A DNA stretch of 64,000 nt from Candidatus Methylomirabilia bacterium (GTDB lineage: Bacteria > Methylomirabilota > Methylomirabilia > Rokubacteriales > CSP1-6), in NCBI GenBank assembly GCA_046758385.1, contig JBHIAB010000001.1:2608-66607 (forward strand). The letters are read 5' to 3'. Of this stretch, positions 17,470 to 27,745 are shown in pieces. Below the pieces are notes generated by a model, which did no database searches, was not told where the DNA came from, and saw only the letters and a program-made list of their open reading frames with translations. How positions within the stretch are numbered: position 1 is the stretch's first letter; every line of letters begins with the position of its first letter. The position numbers and the translations under genes were made by a program.

Positions 17470-18366
17470 CTACGCTCTTCCTTCCTGGTCCATCATCCGT
17501 CTCCTTCTTCGTTCTTCCATTTCTTCCACAATATGTTTACCTCTTGCCTCATCTGCCGGGGAGATCGGAAGAAGACTGAGTGTCAGCGCAGCCCGAGCCA
17601 CCTCCGTCGCTAGTTGTCCTCGGCTGAATTCTGAGAGCACACCATTCTCAGTTACCCAGTCAGCCAAGGCCGCACAACAGTTCCATCTACCCAATGATCC
17701 TTCCGTGCAGCGCCTTACAAGCCACAGTACTACGTCGATGATTTGTAGTCCCACCAATAACTTCGATGTCACCTCGATAGGACACCGGTACGTGTCTACT
17801 TCCTGCATATCAGTCATCCATGAAAACGGGCTGGTCGAAAACGAAAACCTTGTATGCACCCCATACATTTCCTCCATGGCCCTGGCGAACTGACTCTGTT
17901 CATCGTGGATGAATCGGGTTACTTGAAGGCCGGTACCCTCGAGCAGTGTGTGAATACCGCCAACTAACAGACTAAACGCTACTGCATTTGGTGCATCGAG
18001 CTCGCTTCTCCTAAACTTCAACTCCGGGAACTCTTCGGTATGGTCCAAGGCCCAGTCCATCGCGTCCAGTAAAAGCTCTTGGACTCTGCGATCCTTAACT
18101 TTGTTCTGGATATTCCATCGCAGCCGCCTCAGAACACGACGAAACCCTTCAACATCCCCTCTTTCGTAAACCGACCAAAACTCTTCCTGACTCCGCTGGC
18201 TCAGGTTCTCTACGATGACGTGCGCCAAAGATAGCCGGAAAAACCGATTACCGTAGTGCACAGGAGAGACAGCTTGGTTGATCCCACTGTCAAGCAAAGT
18301 GTCTACAATTAAATTGTTCCCGGTATTGCCAGATTCATCGGTATACGCAAGGATTGACTCGCTCAT
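17470..18366 (-). CDS. DUF3800-like protein (uncharacterised, predicted RNase-H-like fold family)
   Basis: 298 aa in a distinctly lower-GC ~1 kb patch. N-terminal AYTDESGNTG (cf. DUF3800 Y.DESG). Later LVGLQIIDVVLWLV (cf. DUF3800 llQlADl). Confidence 0.45.
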   Translation of the reverse strand: MSESILAYTDESGNTGNNLIVDTLLDSGINQAVSPVHYGNRFFRLSLAHVIVENLSQRSQEEFWSVYERGDVEGFRRVLRRLRWNIQNKVKDRRVQELLLDAMDWALDHTEEFPELKFRRSELDAPNAVAFSLLVGGIHTLLEGTGLQVTRFIHDEQSQFARAMEEMYGVHTRFSFSTSPFSWMTDMQEVDTYRCPIEVTSKLLVGLQIIDVVLWLVRRCTEGSLGRWNCCAALADWVTENGVLSEFSRGQLATEVARAALTLSLLPISPADEARGKHIVEEMEERRRRRMMDQEGRA

Positions 18367-18475
18367 GCGTTAGCGCTTCCGATCTGGAAACTCTCCTGAA
18401 TTCTGCACGTCGGCATCCAGAAACCCAATCTACGTACTCCCGTGAATCTTTGCGGACAGCCGAGACATGGAAATG

Positions 18476-21058
18476 TCAAACCTCGGACCAGTCGCGCCCG
18501 GTCTTGATGTCCACGGTCAAGGGGACGGAGAGGGTCATGGCGGATTCCATGGTCTTGCGGGCCAGGGACTCGAGCGTGGGGAGCTCATCCTCGGGGACTT
18601 CGAAGAGCAACTCATCGTGCACCTGGAGCAGCATGCGGCTTCGGAGGCCCCGTGAGCCGAGCGCCTCGGCCATGCGCACCATGGCGATCTTGATCAGGTC
18701 GGAGGCGGTGCCCTGGATCGGGGCATTCATGGCCATCCGCTCGGCCGCGCCACGCGCGTTGGGATTGCCGCTGTTCAGCTCGGGGAGGTAGCGGCGCCGC
18801 CCGAGCAGCGTCGTCACGTAGCCCTTCTCTCGCGCCTCGGTCAGGGTCCTGTCGAGATACGCCTTCACCTTCGGGTGCCGCGTGAAGTAGTCGTCCAGAT
18901 ACTTCTGGGCGTTCTTTTGATCGACTCCTGCGGCCTGAGAGAGGCCAAAAGCCGAGATGCCGTAAATGATGCCAAACCCGATCCCCTTCGCCACGCGCCG
19001 CATCTCCGGCGTGACCGCCTCCGGAGTAGCCCCGAACACCTCCCACGCCGTGCGGGCGTGGATGTCCTCCCCTCGGCGGAAGGCCCCGATCAGTGATTCC
19101 TCGCCAGAGCAGTGAGCCAGGACCCTCAAGTCGATCTGGGAGTAGTCGGCGGCGAGGAAGCGCTGGCCGGCTTCAGGGACGAAGGCCTGGCGGATCCGGC
19201 GTCCCAGGCCGGTCCTCACCGGGATGTTCTGGACGTTCGGTTCCGACGACGACAATCTGCCCGTTGCGGTGACGAGCTGGTTGAAGGAAGTGTGAATGCG
19301 GCCGGTCCGCGGGTGGATCAGCCCGGGCAAGGCATCCGCATAGGTGGACTTGAGCTTGGCCAGGGTGCGGTGCTCGAGGAGTTTGGCCGGGAGGGGGTGG
19401 CCCAGGGCCAGCTGCTCGAGCACCTCCGCGTCGGTGGAGTAGCCGGTCTTGGTGCGCTTGACCGGTGGCAGCTTGAGCCTCTCGAAGAGCACCCGAGCGA
19501 GCTGCCTCGGGGAGTTGATATTGAACGGCTCGCCGGCCAAGGTGTGAATCTCTCGGGTGAGCCTGTCCAGATCACGCTCGAGCTCCTTGGCAAAGCCCTG
19601 GAGGCGCTCGGGATCCACCCGGATGCCGTCGAGCTCCATGCGGGCCAGGACCGGCACGAGCGGCCGTTCCACCTCCTCGTACAGTCCGAGGAGCCCGTGC
19701 TCCGCCAGGAGTGCCGAGGCCTCTGACCAGTAGCGCCAGACCCAGCGTGCCCGCTCGCCCGCTCGGGCCGCCACCTCCTCGGCGGGCGCGCCCGCAGACG
19801 GAGCAGCCACGGGCTCCTCCCCGAACTGCTCGAGACAGACCTCCTCGAGCGGGTAGCGAGCACGCGCAGAGTTGACCAGATACGCGGCCACGGCCGAATC
19901 CTCGAAGCGCGGCAGGGGGAGCCCGCGTGCCAGGATCCACTGAAGCGTGAGCTTCAGGTCGTGACCGATGAGCGGGTGCCCGCCCGGATCCGGGAGGGCC
20001 TCGCACACTGGGAGGAAGGCTCGGCCGATGCCCGGGTGAAAGAGGCCCAGGCCGAGAATCACCGGATCCGGCGCCCCTCCCTGCCCCACCCACTCCACCC
20101 CGATGGGGTCTCCGGGGGGGAGCTGGCGGAGGCACTCAACCAGCGCTTCAGGAGAGAGGAGGATTCGCACGGCCTCGGCCGGCAGCTCGATTCGCGGGGC
20201 GGGGAGCTGGCGGAGAAGGCTTGAGAACTCCAGCTCAGTCCAGATGGCGCGGAGCCGGACCACGTCAGGTTCCTGGCGCTTGAAAGCCTCCATCTCTAAG
20301 TCGAGCGGGACCCGCCGACTGATGGTGGCCAGTTCCCGTGAGAGGCTCACCTGCTTTCGGTTGGCGGCCAGAGCCTCCCGAAGCTTGCCGCCGCCCACCA
20401 GGAGGAGGTTCTCGTAGACCCGCTCGATGGTCCCAAACTGCCCCAGGAGCTTTCGGGCAGTGGTCTCGCCGATCCCGGGCACGCCCGGAATGTTGTCGAT
20501 TGCATCCCCCATCAGCGCCAGGAGATCCGGGATCCCGGCCGGCGGTACGCCCCAGCGCTCATGGACCTTGGCCTCGTCGTAGACGACCCGCTCGCCCGTG
20601 CGCCCGACCACCGAGAGGACGCGGACCTTGGGTCCGACGAGCTGGAGCATGTCCTTGTCCGCCGTGACCAGGACCAGCTCGACCGGGAGGTTTCGGACTC
20701 GATCCACGACAGTCCCCAGGATGTCGTCAGCCTCATAGCCGGCCACTTCGAGGACCGGAATCCTGAGCGCCTCGATCACGGCCTTCACGTGCGGGATCTG
20801 GACAGCCAGATCTGCCGGCATCCCCGGGCGGGTCTCCTTGTAGCGCTCGAAGGCTTCGTGCCTGAAGGTCGGGCCCGGCGCGTCCCACGCGACGCCGATG
20901 TACTCCGGCTGCTCTTCCCTGAGGAGCTTCCAGAGCATGGTGCCGATGCCGAAGACGGCGTGGGTGGGGACCCCGCGAGACGTGGAGAGGTAGCCGAGGG
21001 CGTGGTAGGCGCGGTAGAGGTGAGAGGGCCCGTCGATCAGAAAGAAGCGCGGTGTCAT
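18476..21058 (-). CDS. polA: DNA polymerase I
   Basis: Real start MTPRFFLIDGPSHLYRAYHA (5'-3' exo domain) at 21058, not at 21628. C-terminal palm motifs ...LLQVHDELLFEV. 861 aa. ATGA overlap with glnE stop. Confidence 0.9.
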   Translation of the reverse strand: MTPRFFLIDGPSHLYRAYHALGYLSTSRGVPTHAVFGIGTMLWKLLREEQPEYIGVAWDAPGPTFRHEAFERYKETRPGMPADLAVQIPHVKAVIEALRIPVLEVAGYEADDILGTVVDRVRNLPVELVLVTADKDMLQLVGPKVRVLSVVGRTGERVVYDEAKVHERWGVPPAGIPDLLALMGDAIDNIPGVPGIGETTARKLLGQFGTIERVYENLLLVGGGKLREALAANRKQVSLSRELATISRRVPLDLEMEAFKRQEPDVVRLRAIWTELEFSSLLRQLPAPRIELPAEAVRILLSPEALVECLRQLPPGDPIGVEWVGQGGAPDPVILGLGLFHPGIGRAFLPVCEALPDPGGHPLIGHDLKLTLQWILARGLPLPRFEDSAVAAYLVNSARARYPLEEVCLEQFGEEPVAAPSAGAPAEEVAARAGERARWVWRYWSEASALLAEHGLLGLYEEVERPLVPVLARMELDGIRVDPERLQGFAKELERDLDRLTREIHTLAGEPFNINSPRQLARVLFERLKLPPVKRTKTGYSTDAEVLEQLALGHPLPAKLLEHRTLAKLKSTYADALPGLIHPRTGRIHTSFNQLVTATGRLSSSEPNVQNIPVRTGLGRRIRQAFVPEAGQRFLAADYSQIDLRVLAHCSGEESLIGAFRRGEDIHARTAWEVFGATPEAVTPEMRRVAKGIGFGIIYGISAFGLSQAAGVDQKNAQKYLDDYFTRHPKVKAYLDRTLTEAREKGYVTTLLGRRRYLPELNSGNPNARGAAERMAMNAPIQGTASDLIKIAMVRMAEALGSRGLRSRMLLQVHDELLFEVPEDELPTLESLARKTMESAMTLSVPLTVDIKTGRDWSEV

Positions 21059-24000
21059 GGCGAGAACACTCGCTCGAAGATCTCCCGCACCTCGGCGGTG
21101 CACCGCTTGTAGTCGGCCAGGAACTCGGAGCGGCCCGGCAACCCCAGGGCTTTCGCCACTCGCCGAGGCATGGGACCGGCGATCTCGATGCCGTCGGGCG
21201 GACGCCCGCCAAAGAGCCGGAGGGAGGCCGAGACTCTGCGGAGGAAGCGATAATGGTCTGCCAGGACCGAGGCGTCCCGCTCCGAGAGAAGTCCCTGCCT
21301 CTCGATGGCCCGGAGCGCAGCAGGGGTGTTCGCGCGCCGAATCGTCGGGCACCGCTCTCCATGGGAGAGCTGAAGCGTCTGGACAATGAACTCGACGTCC
21401 ACGAGGCCCCCCCGACCATACTTGACGGACAGGCGCCCCGGGCCTTCCTTCCCCAACTCGTGCTCCATGCGCTGGCGGAGGTCGCGGATCTCCTTGAGTT
21501 CCGCGCCAGTGAGCGGCCCACGGTAGACAATCTCCCGGACCAGGCGCTGCACCCGGCGCGCCAGGCGAGGGGCACCCGAGACCACCCGGGCGCGGGTGAG
21601 GGACTGGCGCTCCCAGAGGTCCGCCCACTCGCGATAATAGCTATCCAGAGCGGCCAGGCTCGATGCAAAGCCGCTGCCCCTGCTGCCCGGGCGAAGCCGG
21701 AGATCCACAGGGTAGACCACGCCCGCCGAAGTGATATCGCCCAAGAGGCTCGACAGCCGCTCGACGGCCCGATCGTAGAACTCATGGGCGCGATCGCCAT
21801 CGTCGTAAATGACGAAGAGGTCGAGATCGGACCCCGTGGTGAGCTCCCGGCCGCCGAGCTTCCCGAGCCCAACGACGACCGCCGGCGCCCACCGCCCGTC
21901 GTCCTTGAGGGGTCCCCCACTTTCTTCGCTCAGCAAGAACAGGGCAAGCGCCCAGGCCACATCCACCGCGGCCTCGGCCAGGGCTGTCAGCTCGCGCGAG
22001 AACCCTTCGATGGACGTCACGCCCAGGAGAAAGCGCCAGGTAACCTCCAGCTCCTCGGCTTGCTTCGTACGGCGCAGCCGGTCCTTCCGCTCGCCGAGGC
22101 TCAACCCCCGAGCCAGCGCCGGAGCGAGCGCGCCCTTGAAGGCGGCCCTGGTCTTGGGCTCCGCCAGTCTGAGGGAATCGGCCAGGCGGGTAAGGAGCTC
22201 AGGCTGGAGGGTCAGGAGCTGAGCGAGCGGTTCCCCACGCGCGCAGAGTCGGACCACGTTGCCCATGAGCTCAGGCCGGCGGGCGAGGAGCTCGAGGTAG
22301 GCGGTGCGGGGCCCGACGGCGGCCACGAAGCGCTCGAACTGATTGAGCGCCTCATCCGGGTCCGGGCTCTGCCAGAGCGCATCCAGAAGCGTGGGGAACA
22401 TCCGGTTGAGCGCCTGGGCGGCGGGTGCCGGGTACGGGATCAGGGGCCTGCCCTCCAGGATGAGCTTGAAGTTCTGGCGGGCTCGTTCCGGGTCGGCAAA
22501 GCCGGTGGCCCGAAGGGCCGTCGCCGAGGGGATGCGGAACCGCCTGGGCTCGGCGGGCGGCGCCTCGAAGAAGCGTGCGAACGCCCGGTGCACTTGTTGT
22601 GTGATGCCTCGGTACCGGGCGCCGAAGGCCTGCGCGGCCCGCGCTGGCGGAAGCATGAAGGCCAGGCGCCGGGCCAGGCGACCGAGCGCCTCCGGGTCTC
22701 GAGGGAGCGTGTGGGTCTGGAACTCGTGAAGGATCTGCAACCGGTGCTCGACGGTACGAAGGAAGGTGTAGCCCTCCGTCAGCCTGCGCCCGAGGTCGGG
22801 GAAGAGATAGCCACGCTCCGTCAATCGGAAGATCGCGCGGAGCGTGTTGCGCTCCCTGAGCCAGGGATCGTCTCCTCCGTAGAGGAGCTGGAGCGCCTGC
22901 ACCAGAAACTCCACCTCGCGGATTCCGCCGATTCCCAGCTTGACGTTCAGGCGCTCGTGGCCCTTGGCCCGGAGGGAGAGGTCGATCTCCCCCTTCATGG
23001 CCCGAATCTGGGCCACGATCTCTGGGTCCACAGCCGGGCGGTAGACGAAAGGGCGGATCAAATCCATGAACTCACGCCCCACCCGAGCGTCGCCGGCGCA
23101 CGGGCGCGCCTTGATGAGAGCCTGTCGCTCCCAGAGCTCGGCGCGGTCGGCGAGGTAGGTGCGATAGGTGGCGAGCGAGAGAACCAACGGGCCCATCCGG
23201 CCTTCCGGACGCAGGCGGAGATCGACCCGAAAGGCGTGCCCTTCCTCGGTGGGGGACTCGAGCGCCGCCACGATGGCTTCGGCCACGCGTGTGAAGTGCT
23301 CGACATTGGGCAGGACGCCGTCGGAGCCGCCGCTGGTCTCCCCATCCTCCGAATACACGAACACCAGGTCGATGTCGGAGGAATAGTTCAGCTCCTCGCC
23401 ACCCAGCTTTCCCATGGCGATGATGGCGAGGTTGGCCTCGGCGCCGCCCTCCGCCATGGGCGACCCGTACCGGGCCCGGCCCCGCTCCGAGGCCCAGCGC
23501 CAGGCCGCCTCCAGGCAGACATCCGCCAGTCGCGAAAGCTCTTCGGTGGTGACCGTGAGGTCGGCATCCCCGAGGAGGTCCCGCGCCCCGATCCGGAGCA
23601 GGTGGCGGTACTTGAAGCGCCGGAGGACGTTCCACCAGGCCTCGCGCCGGGAGAACGGAGCGAGGTTTTGCGCCAGCTCGCTCGCCAGCTCGTCGCGAAG
23701 ACGCTGGCGCATCGTGGCTGGCTCCAAAAGCCACGGCAAGAGCACCGGATGGCGGCGGAGCGTGTCCGCCAGAAACTGGCTCCCGCCGCCAAGGGTGGCC
23801 AGCAGCGGAACCGTCCCGGGATGCTCGCGAAGTGTGGCATAAAAGACCGCCCGATCCACCTGACCTGCCAGGCGCTCCAGATTGTTGAGCGCCATGTCGG
23901 GATCGGGGGATTCGGCCAGGGCCCGGAGGAGTCGGGGCAGGACGGGAGTTAGCAGATCCGCCTCGCGTGGGCTCGGCGTCAGGCCCGCGAGGTTCCGGAG

Positions 24001-24108
24001 CGCGCCACGGGGGTTAGCGAAGCCAAGGGCGGCCAGCGCCCGCCGCGCCCGGGCATCTTCGGGAGCCGCCTCGCAGAGCCAACGGCCGTCGCCGATCTCC
24101 GACCCCAC
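21055..24108 (-). CDS. glnE: bifunctional glutamine synthetase adenylyltransferase/adenylyl-removing enzyme
   Basis: 1017 aa. Duplicated nucleotidyltransferase + GlnE domains, PDMALNNLERLAG-type blocks. Confidence 0.85.
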   Translation of the reverse strand: MGSEIGDGRWLCEAAPEDARARRALAALGFANPRGALRNLAGLTPSPREADLLTPVLPRLLRALAESPDPDMALNNLERLAGQVDRAVFYATLREHPGTVPLLATLGGGSQFLADTLRRHPVLLPWLLEPATMRQRLRDELASELAQNLAPFSRREAWWNVLRRFKYRHLLRIGARDLLGDADLTVTTEELSRLADVCLEAAWRWASERGRARYGSPMAEGGAEANLAIIAMGKLGGEELNYSSDIDLVFVYSEDGETSGGSDGVLPNVEHFTRVAEAIVAALESPTEEGHAFRVDLRLRPEGRMGPLVLSLATYRTYLADRAELWERQALIKARPCAGDARVGREFMDLIRPFVYRPAVDPEIVAQIRAMKGEIDLSLRAKGHERLNVKLGIGGIREVEFLVQALQLLYGGDDPWLRERNTLRAIFRLTERGYLFPDLGRRLTEGYTFLRTVEHRLQILHEFQTHTLPRDPEALGRLARRLAFMLPPARAAQAFGARYRGITQQVHRAFARFFEAPPAEPRRFRIPSATALRATGFADPERARQNFKLILEGRPLIPYPAPAAQALNRMFPTLLDALWQSPDPDEALNQFERFVAAVGPRTAYLELLARRPELMGNVVRLCARGEPLAQLLTLQPELLTRLADSLRLAEPKTRAAFKGALAPALARGLSLGERKDRLRRTKQAEELEVTWRFLLGVTSIEGFSRELTALAEAAVDVAWALALFLLSEESGGPLKDDGRWAPAVVVGLGKLGGRELTTGSDLDLFVIYDDGDRAHEFYDRAVERLSSLLGDITSAGVVYPVDLRLRPGSRGSGFASSLAALDSYYREWADLWERQSLTRARVVSGAPRLARRVQRLVREIVYRGPLTGAELKEIRDLRQRMEHELGKEGPGRLSVKYGRGGLVDVEFIVQTLQLSHGERCPTIRRANTPAALRAIERQGLLSERDASVLADHYRFLRRVSASLRLFGGRPPDGIEIAGPMPRRVAKALGLPGRSEFLADYKRCTAEVREIFERVFSP

Positions 24109-24165
24109 CCGTGGGGCCCTCCTGTCACTGCTCGGTCCGGACAGCTCCCGCCCCCGGCGGACCCC

Positions 24166-24516
<351 letters not shown>

Positions 24517-25983
24517 TCAGCGTCCCAGGCGCTTGACCGCTTTCCGATAGAGGGCGACGTACTCCCGCGCCGACGCCTCCCAGGAAAAGTCCTCTGCCAT
24601 CCCGCTGCGGATGAGCTGACGCCACCGCTCCGGCTGACGATAGACGGCCACCGCCCTCCGCACGGCCTCCACGAGCCCTCCCGCGCTGAAGGCGTCGAAC
24701 CCGAAACCGGTTCCGGCACCCGTGGCGGGGTCGAACTCCATCACCGTGTCGGCGAGCCCACCCGTCCGGCGCACCACAGGGACCGTGCCGTAGCGGAGGC
24801 CGATGAGCTGGCCAAGTCCACAGGGCTCGTAGCGAGACGGCATCAGGAAGCAATCGGCTCCGGCGTAAATCCGTCGCGCCAGCACGGAGTCAAACCCGAT
24901 CTCCACGGCCACCTGCCCCCGGTGCCGCGCGGCGGCCTCAGCGAGCGTCTGCTCGACCTCTGGCTCACCGGAGCCGAGAAGCACCAGCTGGCATCCCATC
25001 TCCAGCAGCTCGGGAAGCGCCGCCAGCACCAGATCGAGCCCTTTCTGCTCGGCCAGGCGCGTCACCATCCCGAGCAGTGGGGCGGACTCGTCCTGAAGCC
25101 CCAGCTCTTCCTGGAGCGTGCTCTTGCAGGCCCGCTTGCCCTCCACGTCCTTTGCCGTATAGCACTGGGGTATCTCGGCGTCTGTCGCAGGGTTCCAGAC
25201 CTCGTAGTCGATGCCATTGACGACTCCAGAGAGATCCCGGGTCCGTTCCTGGAGGACTCCCTCGAGCCCACAGCCAGACTCGGGCGTCTGGATCTCGCGG
25301 GCATAGGTGGGACTCACCGCGTTCAGGAGGTCGGAGAACACCAGGCCGCCCTTGAGGAAGCTGATCTTGCCGTAAAACTCGATCCCAGCCGGCGTGAAAA
25401 GATCCCAACCCAGCCCGGTCATGGGCATGTCGTAGTGCCAGAACAACCCCTGGTAGGCAAGATTGTGAACGGTGAAGAGCGTGGCCACCGGAGCCAGAAC
25501 GGGGTCATCCCGGTAGAGGGTCTCCAGGTAGACGGGAATCAGTCCCGTCTGCCAGTCGTTGACATGAATCACATGGGGCGCCCAACCCAACGCGCGGACC
25601 GCCTCCACCGCGCCCCGGCAGAAGAAGAGGAAGCGCTCGCAGTTGTCCCAGTAATCGCCATCGGGGGTCGTGTAGAGCCCGTCACGGTCGTAGTAGTGGT
25701 CATTCACGAGGAAGTAGACGGGAATCTTCCGCCCCATCCGCCCCTCGAGCAGCGCGCCCTCCACCTGCCGGTCGGCGATCGGCACCTGGACCCTGGAGAG
25801 GACGGGAGTCAAGGTGGGCGCGTGCCGTTCGATCCCGCGGTGCTTCGGCATCAGCACCCGGACATCGTGCCCCAGCACCTCCAGGGCTTTGGGAAGCGCG
25901 CCCGCCACATCGCCGAGTCCCCCGGTTTTGGCAAAGGGCTCCACTTCAGAGGCAATCAAGAGAATGCGCAAACGCTGAGGCAC
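24517..25983 (-). CDS. glgA: glycogen synthase (ADP-glucose type)
   Basis: 488 aa. N-terminal IASEVEPFAKTGGLGDV (KTGGL motif). GT-B fold length. Confidence 0.85.
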   Translation of the reverse strand: MPQRLRILLIASEVEPFAKTGGLGDVAGALPKALEVLGHDVRVLMPKHRGIERHAPTLTPVLSRVQVPIADRQVEGALLEGRMGRKIPVYFLVNDHYYDRDGLYTTPDGDYWDNCERFLFFCRGAVEAVRALGWAPHVIHVNDWQTGLIPVYLETLYRDDPVLAPVATLFTVHNLAYQGLFWHYDMPMTGLGWDLFTPAGIEFYGKISFLKGGLVFSDLLNAVSPTYAREIQTPESGCGLEGVLQERTRDLSGVVNGIDYEVWNPATDAEIPQCYTAKDVEGKRACKSTLQEELGLQDESAPLLGMVTRLAEQKGLDLVLAALPELLEMGCQLVLLGSGEPEVEQTLAEAAARHRGQVAVEIGFDSVLARRIYAGADCFLMPSRYEPCGLGQLIGLRYGTVPVVRRTGGLADTVMEFDPATGAGTGFGFDAFSAGGLVEAVRRAVAVYRQPERWRQLIRSGMAEDFSWEASAREYVALYRKAVKRLGR

Positions 25984-26074
25984 TGGATCCCCCCGGCGGG
26001 ATTAACACCAGCATTATCCCCGCCCCCCCGCGGCTTTGTCAACGCCGCGCGGGACTCCCACAACGAGCGGTTTT

Positions 26075-27745
26075 TTAAACCTGCTCGAGAATGGGGAAGA
26101 CGAGCGCAGTGATGTGGGAGCTGATCCGCTTGAGGTTCGTCAACACGTCGAGGTGGATCTCGGAGGTCTCCATCGACTCGGCCAGTCCCGCCCGGAGGCG
26201 GGCCAGGTGGGATTCCCGTAGTTCACGCTCCCGCTGGCGCACGATCGGCCGCTGATCCAGCACCTCCTGGGCCAGGCCCCGGTCGTTGGCCGCGAAGGTC
26301 GCGATGGCGCGCTCCAGGTTCTTGGCGACCATGGCGTGAAAGTCCACGATCTCGGCCTCCCCGGCTTCCGAGAACCGCCGCCCCTGATAGAGCTTCTTTC
26401 GGGCCAGCTCCATCAGGTTCTTGTCGATGATGTCGCCGATGTTTTCCAAGTTTCCGATGAACGAGATCAACGCAATCTCCCGACTCGACAGATCGGGGGA
26501 CATGGTCTCCCGGCTGAGGCGCGTCAGGAAGAGCTTGATCTCCCGCTCCAGGTAGTCCACCTGGTCGTCCCGCCGCTCTACGTCCTCCAGGAGCTCCTGG
26601 CTGTTGGTACGGAAGACCGGGATGACGTCGCGGAGCATCCCCTGCACGACGTCGGCTATTCGAAGAGCTTCGCGCGTGGCCTGGCCGAGGGCCAGGGACG
26701 GCTGGTCCTGGGAGCGCTCGTCCAAGTAACGAGTCTTGAAGGGGTTCTCGCCCTGCTCCTGGTCGGGGACCAGCACCGTGATCAGGCGCGCCGCGAGGGC
26801 GGCGAACGGCAGAAAGAAGGCGCTGATCCCCACGTTGAAGAGGGTGTGGGCGTTGGCGATCTGCCGGGCCGGGGCCGCCGCGCTCCAGGTGACCCACTCG
26901 CTGAAGGGACCGATGAAGGGAAAGATGAGCGCCACCCCCAGCACTTTGAAGGCGATGTGGGCCGCGGCGACCCGTTTGGCATCGGTGGTGGTGCCGACGG
27001 AGGCGGTCAGGGCCGTTACGCAGGTGCCGATGTTGGCGCCCAGCACGATGGCTACTGCGCCAACAGTCGGGAGAAGCCCCTGGCTGGCCAGCGTGATGGC
27101 GAGCCCGATGGTCGCCGCTGACGAGTGCACCAGGGCGCTGAACCCCGCTGCGGCCAGCACGCCGAGCACGGGGCTGTCCCCCAGCGCCATGAAGAGTTGT
27201 TGAGCCAGCGGGTTGTCGCGGAGCGGGGCCATGCCTTCCAGCATCACCTTGAGGCCTAGAAAGATGAGCCCGAATCCCAGGAGCGCTTGGCCCATGTCCC
27301 GCACCGGACGGCGCCGCGCGAAGAAGATCACCGAGAATCCGGCCCCCACGAGGAGGAGGGCGTAGTCGGTGATCTTGAAGGCGATGAGCTGAACCGTGAA
27401 GGTGGTGCCGATGTCGGCCCCCAGGATCACCCCCAGGGTGTGGGCGAAGGGCATGAGCCCCGCGGAGACGAAGCCGATGAGCATGACCGTGGTGGCGGAG
27501 GAGGACTGGATGATGGCCGTCGCCAGGGCGCCGGAGAGGACCGCCATGAGACGGCTGCGCGTCAGGCCGGTCAGGAGGGTGTGAAGGCGGCCCCCCGCAG
27601 CCCGCTGGAGCCCCTCCCCCGTGAGCTGAATGCCGTAGAGAAGCAGCGCCATCCCGCCGAACAGCGCCAGCAGCACCACGGCTAAAGCCTCGGAGGGGGG
27701 CTCACGCCCCCCTTCCGAACCTCCCCCCATCGGCTGCGCGGGCAA
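26075..27745 (-). CDS. Na+/phosphate cotransporter family protein (NptA-like with C-terminal PhoU-like domains)
   Basis: 556 aa. Duplicated Na_Pi_cotrans membrane repeats (QSSSATT), C-terminal soluble PhoU-like helices. N-terminal start uncertain; 44-nt overlap with next gene. Confidence 0.7.
   Translation of the reverse strand: MPAQPMGGGSEGGREPPSEALAVVLLALFGGMALLLYGIQLTGEGLQRAAGGRLHTLLTGLTRSRLMAVLSGALATAIIQSSSATTVMLIGFVSAGLMPFAHTLGVILGADIGTTFTVQLIAFKITDYALLLVGAGFSVIFFARRRPVRDMGQALLGFGLIFLGLKVMLEGMAPLRDNPLAQQLFMALGDSPVLGVLAAAGFSALVHSSAATIGLAITLASQGLLPTVGAVAIVLGANIGTCVTALTASVGTTTDAKRVAAAHIAFKVLGVALIFPFIGPFSEWVTWSAAAPARQIANAHTLFNVGISAFFLPFAALAARLITVLVPDQEQGENPFKTRYLDERSQDQPSLALGQATREALRIADVVQGMLRDVIPVFRTNSQELLEDVERRDDQVDYLEREIKLFLTRLSRETMSPDLSSREIALISFIGNLENIGDIIDKNLMELARKKLYQGRRFSEAGEAEIVDFHAMVAKNLERAIATFAANDRGLAQEVLDQRPIVRQRERELRESHLARLRAGLAESMETSEIHLDVLTNLKRISSHITALVFPILEQV

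Noticed and set aside
21059-21628. 190-codon N-terminal extension of the polA ORF (MGGPLGAPVPHPRPG...)
   Set aside because: Lies inside the glnE coding region in another frame. The canonical 5'-3' exonuclease start MTPRFFLIDG at 21058 has ATGA coupling.
21052-23952. 966-aa plus-strand ORF antisense to glnE, plus other long antisense ORFs (9884-11323, 12611-13972, 24379-26112, 34545-36905, 38991-40283)
   Set aside because: Arg/Gly/Pro-rich translations without domains, each opposite a well-supported gene. GC-driven lack of stops.
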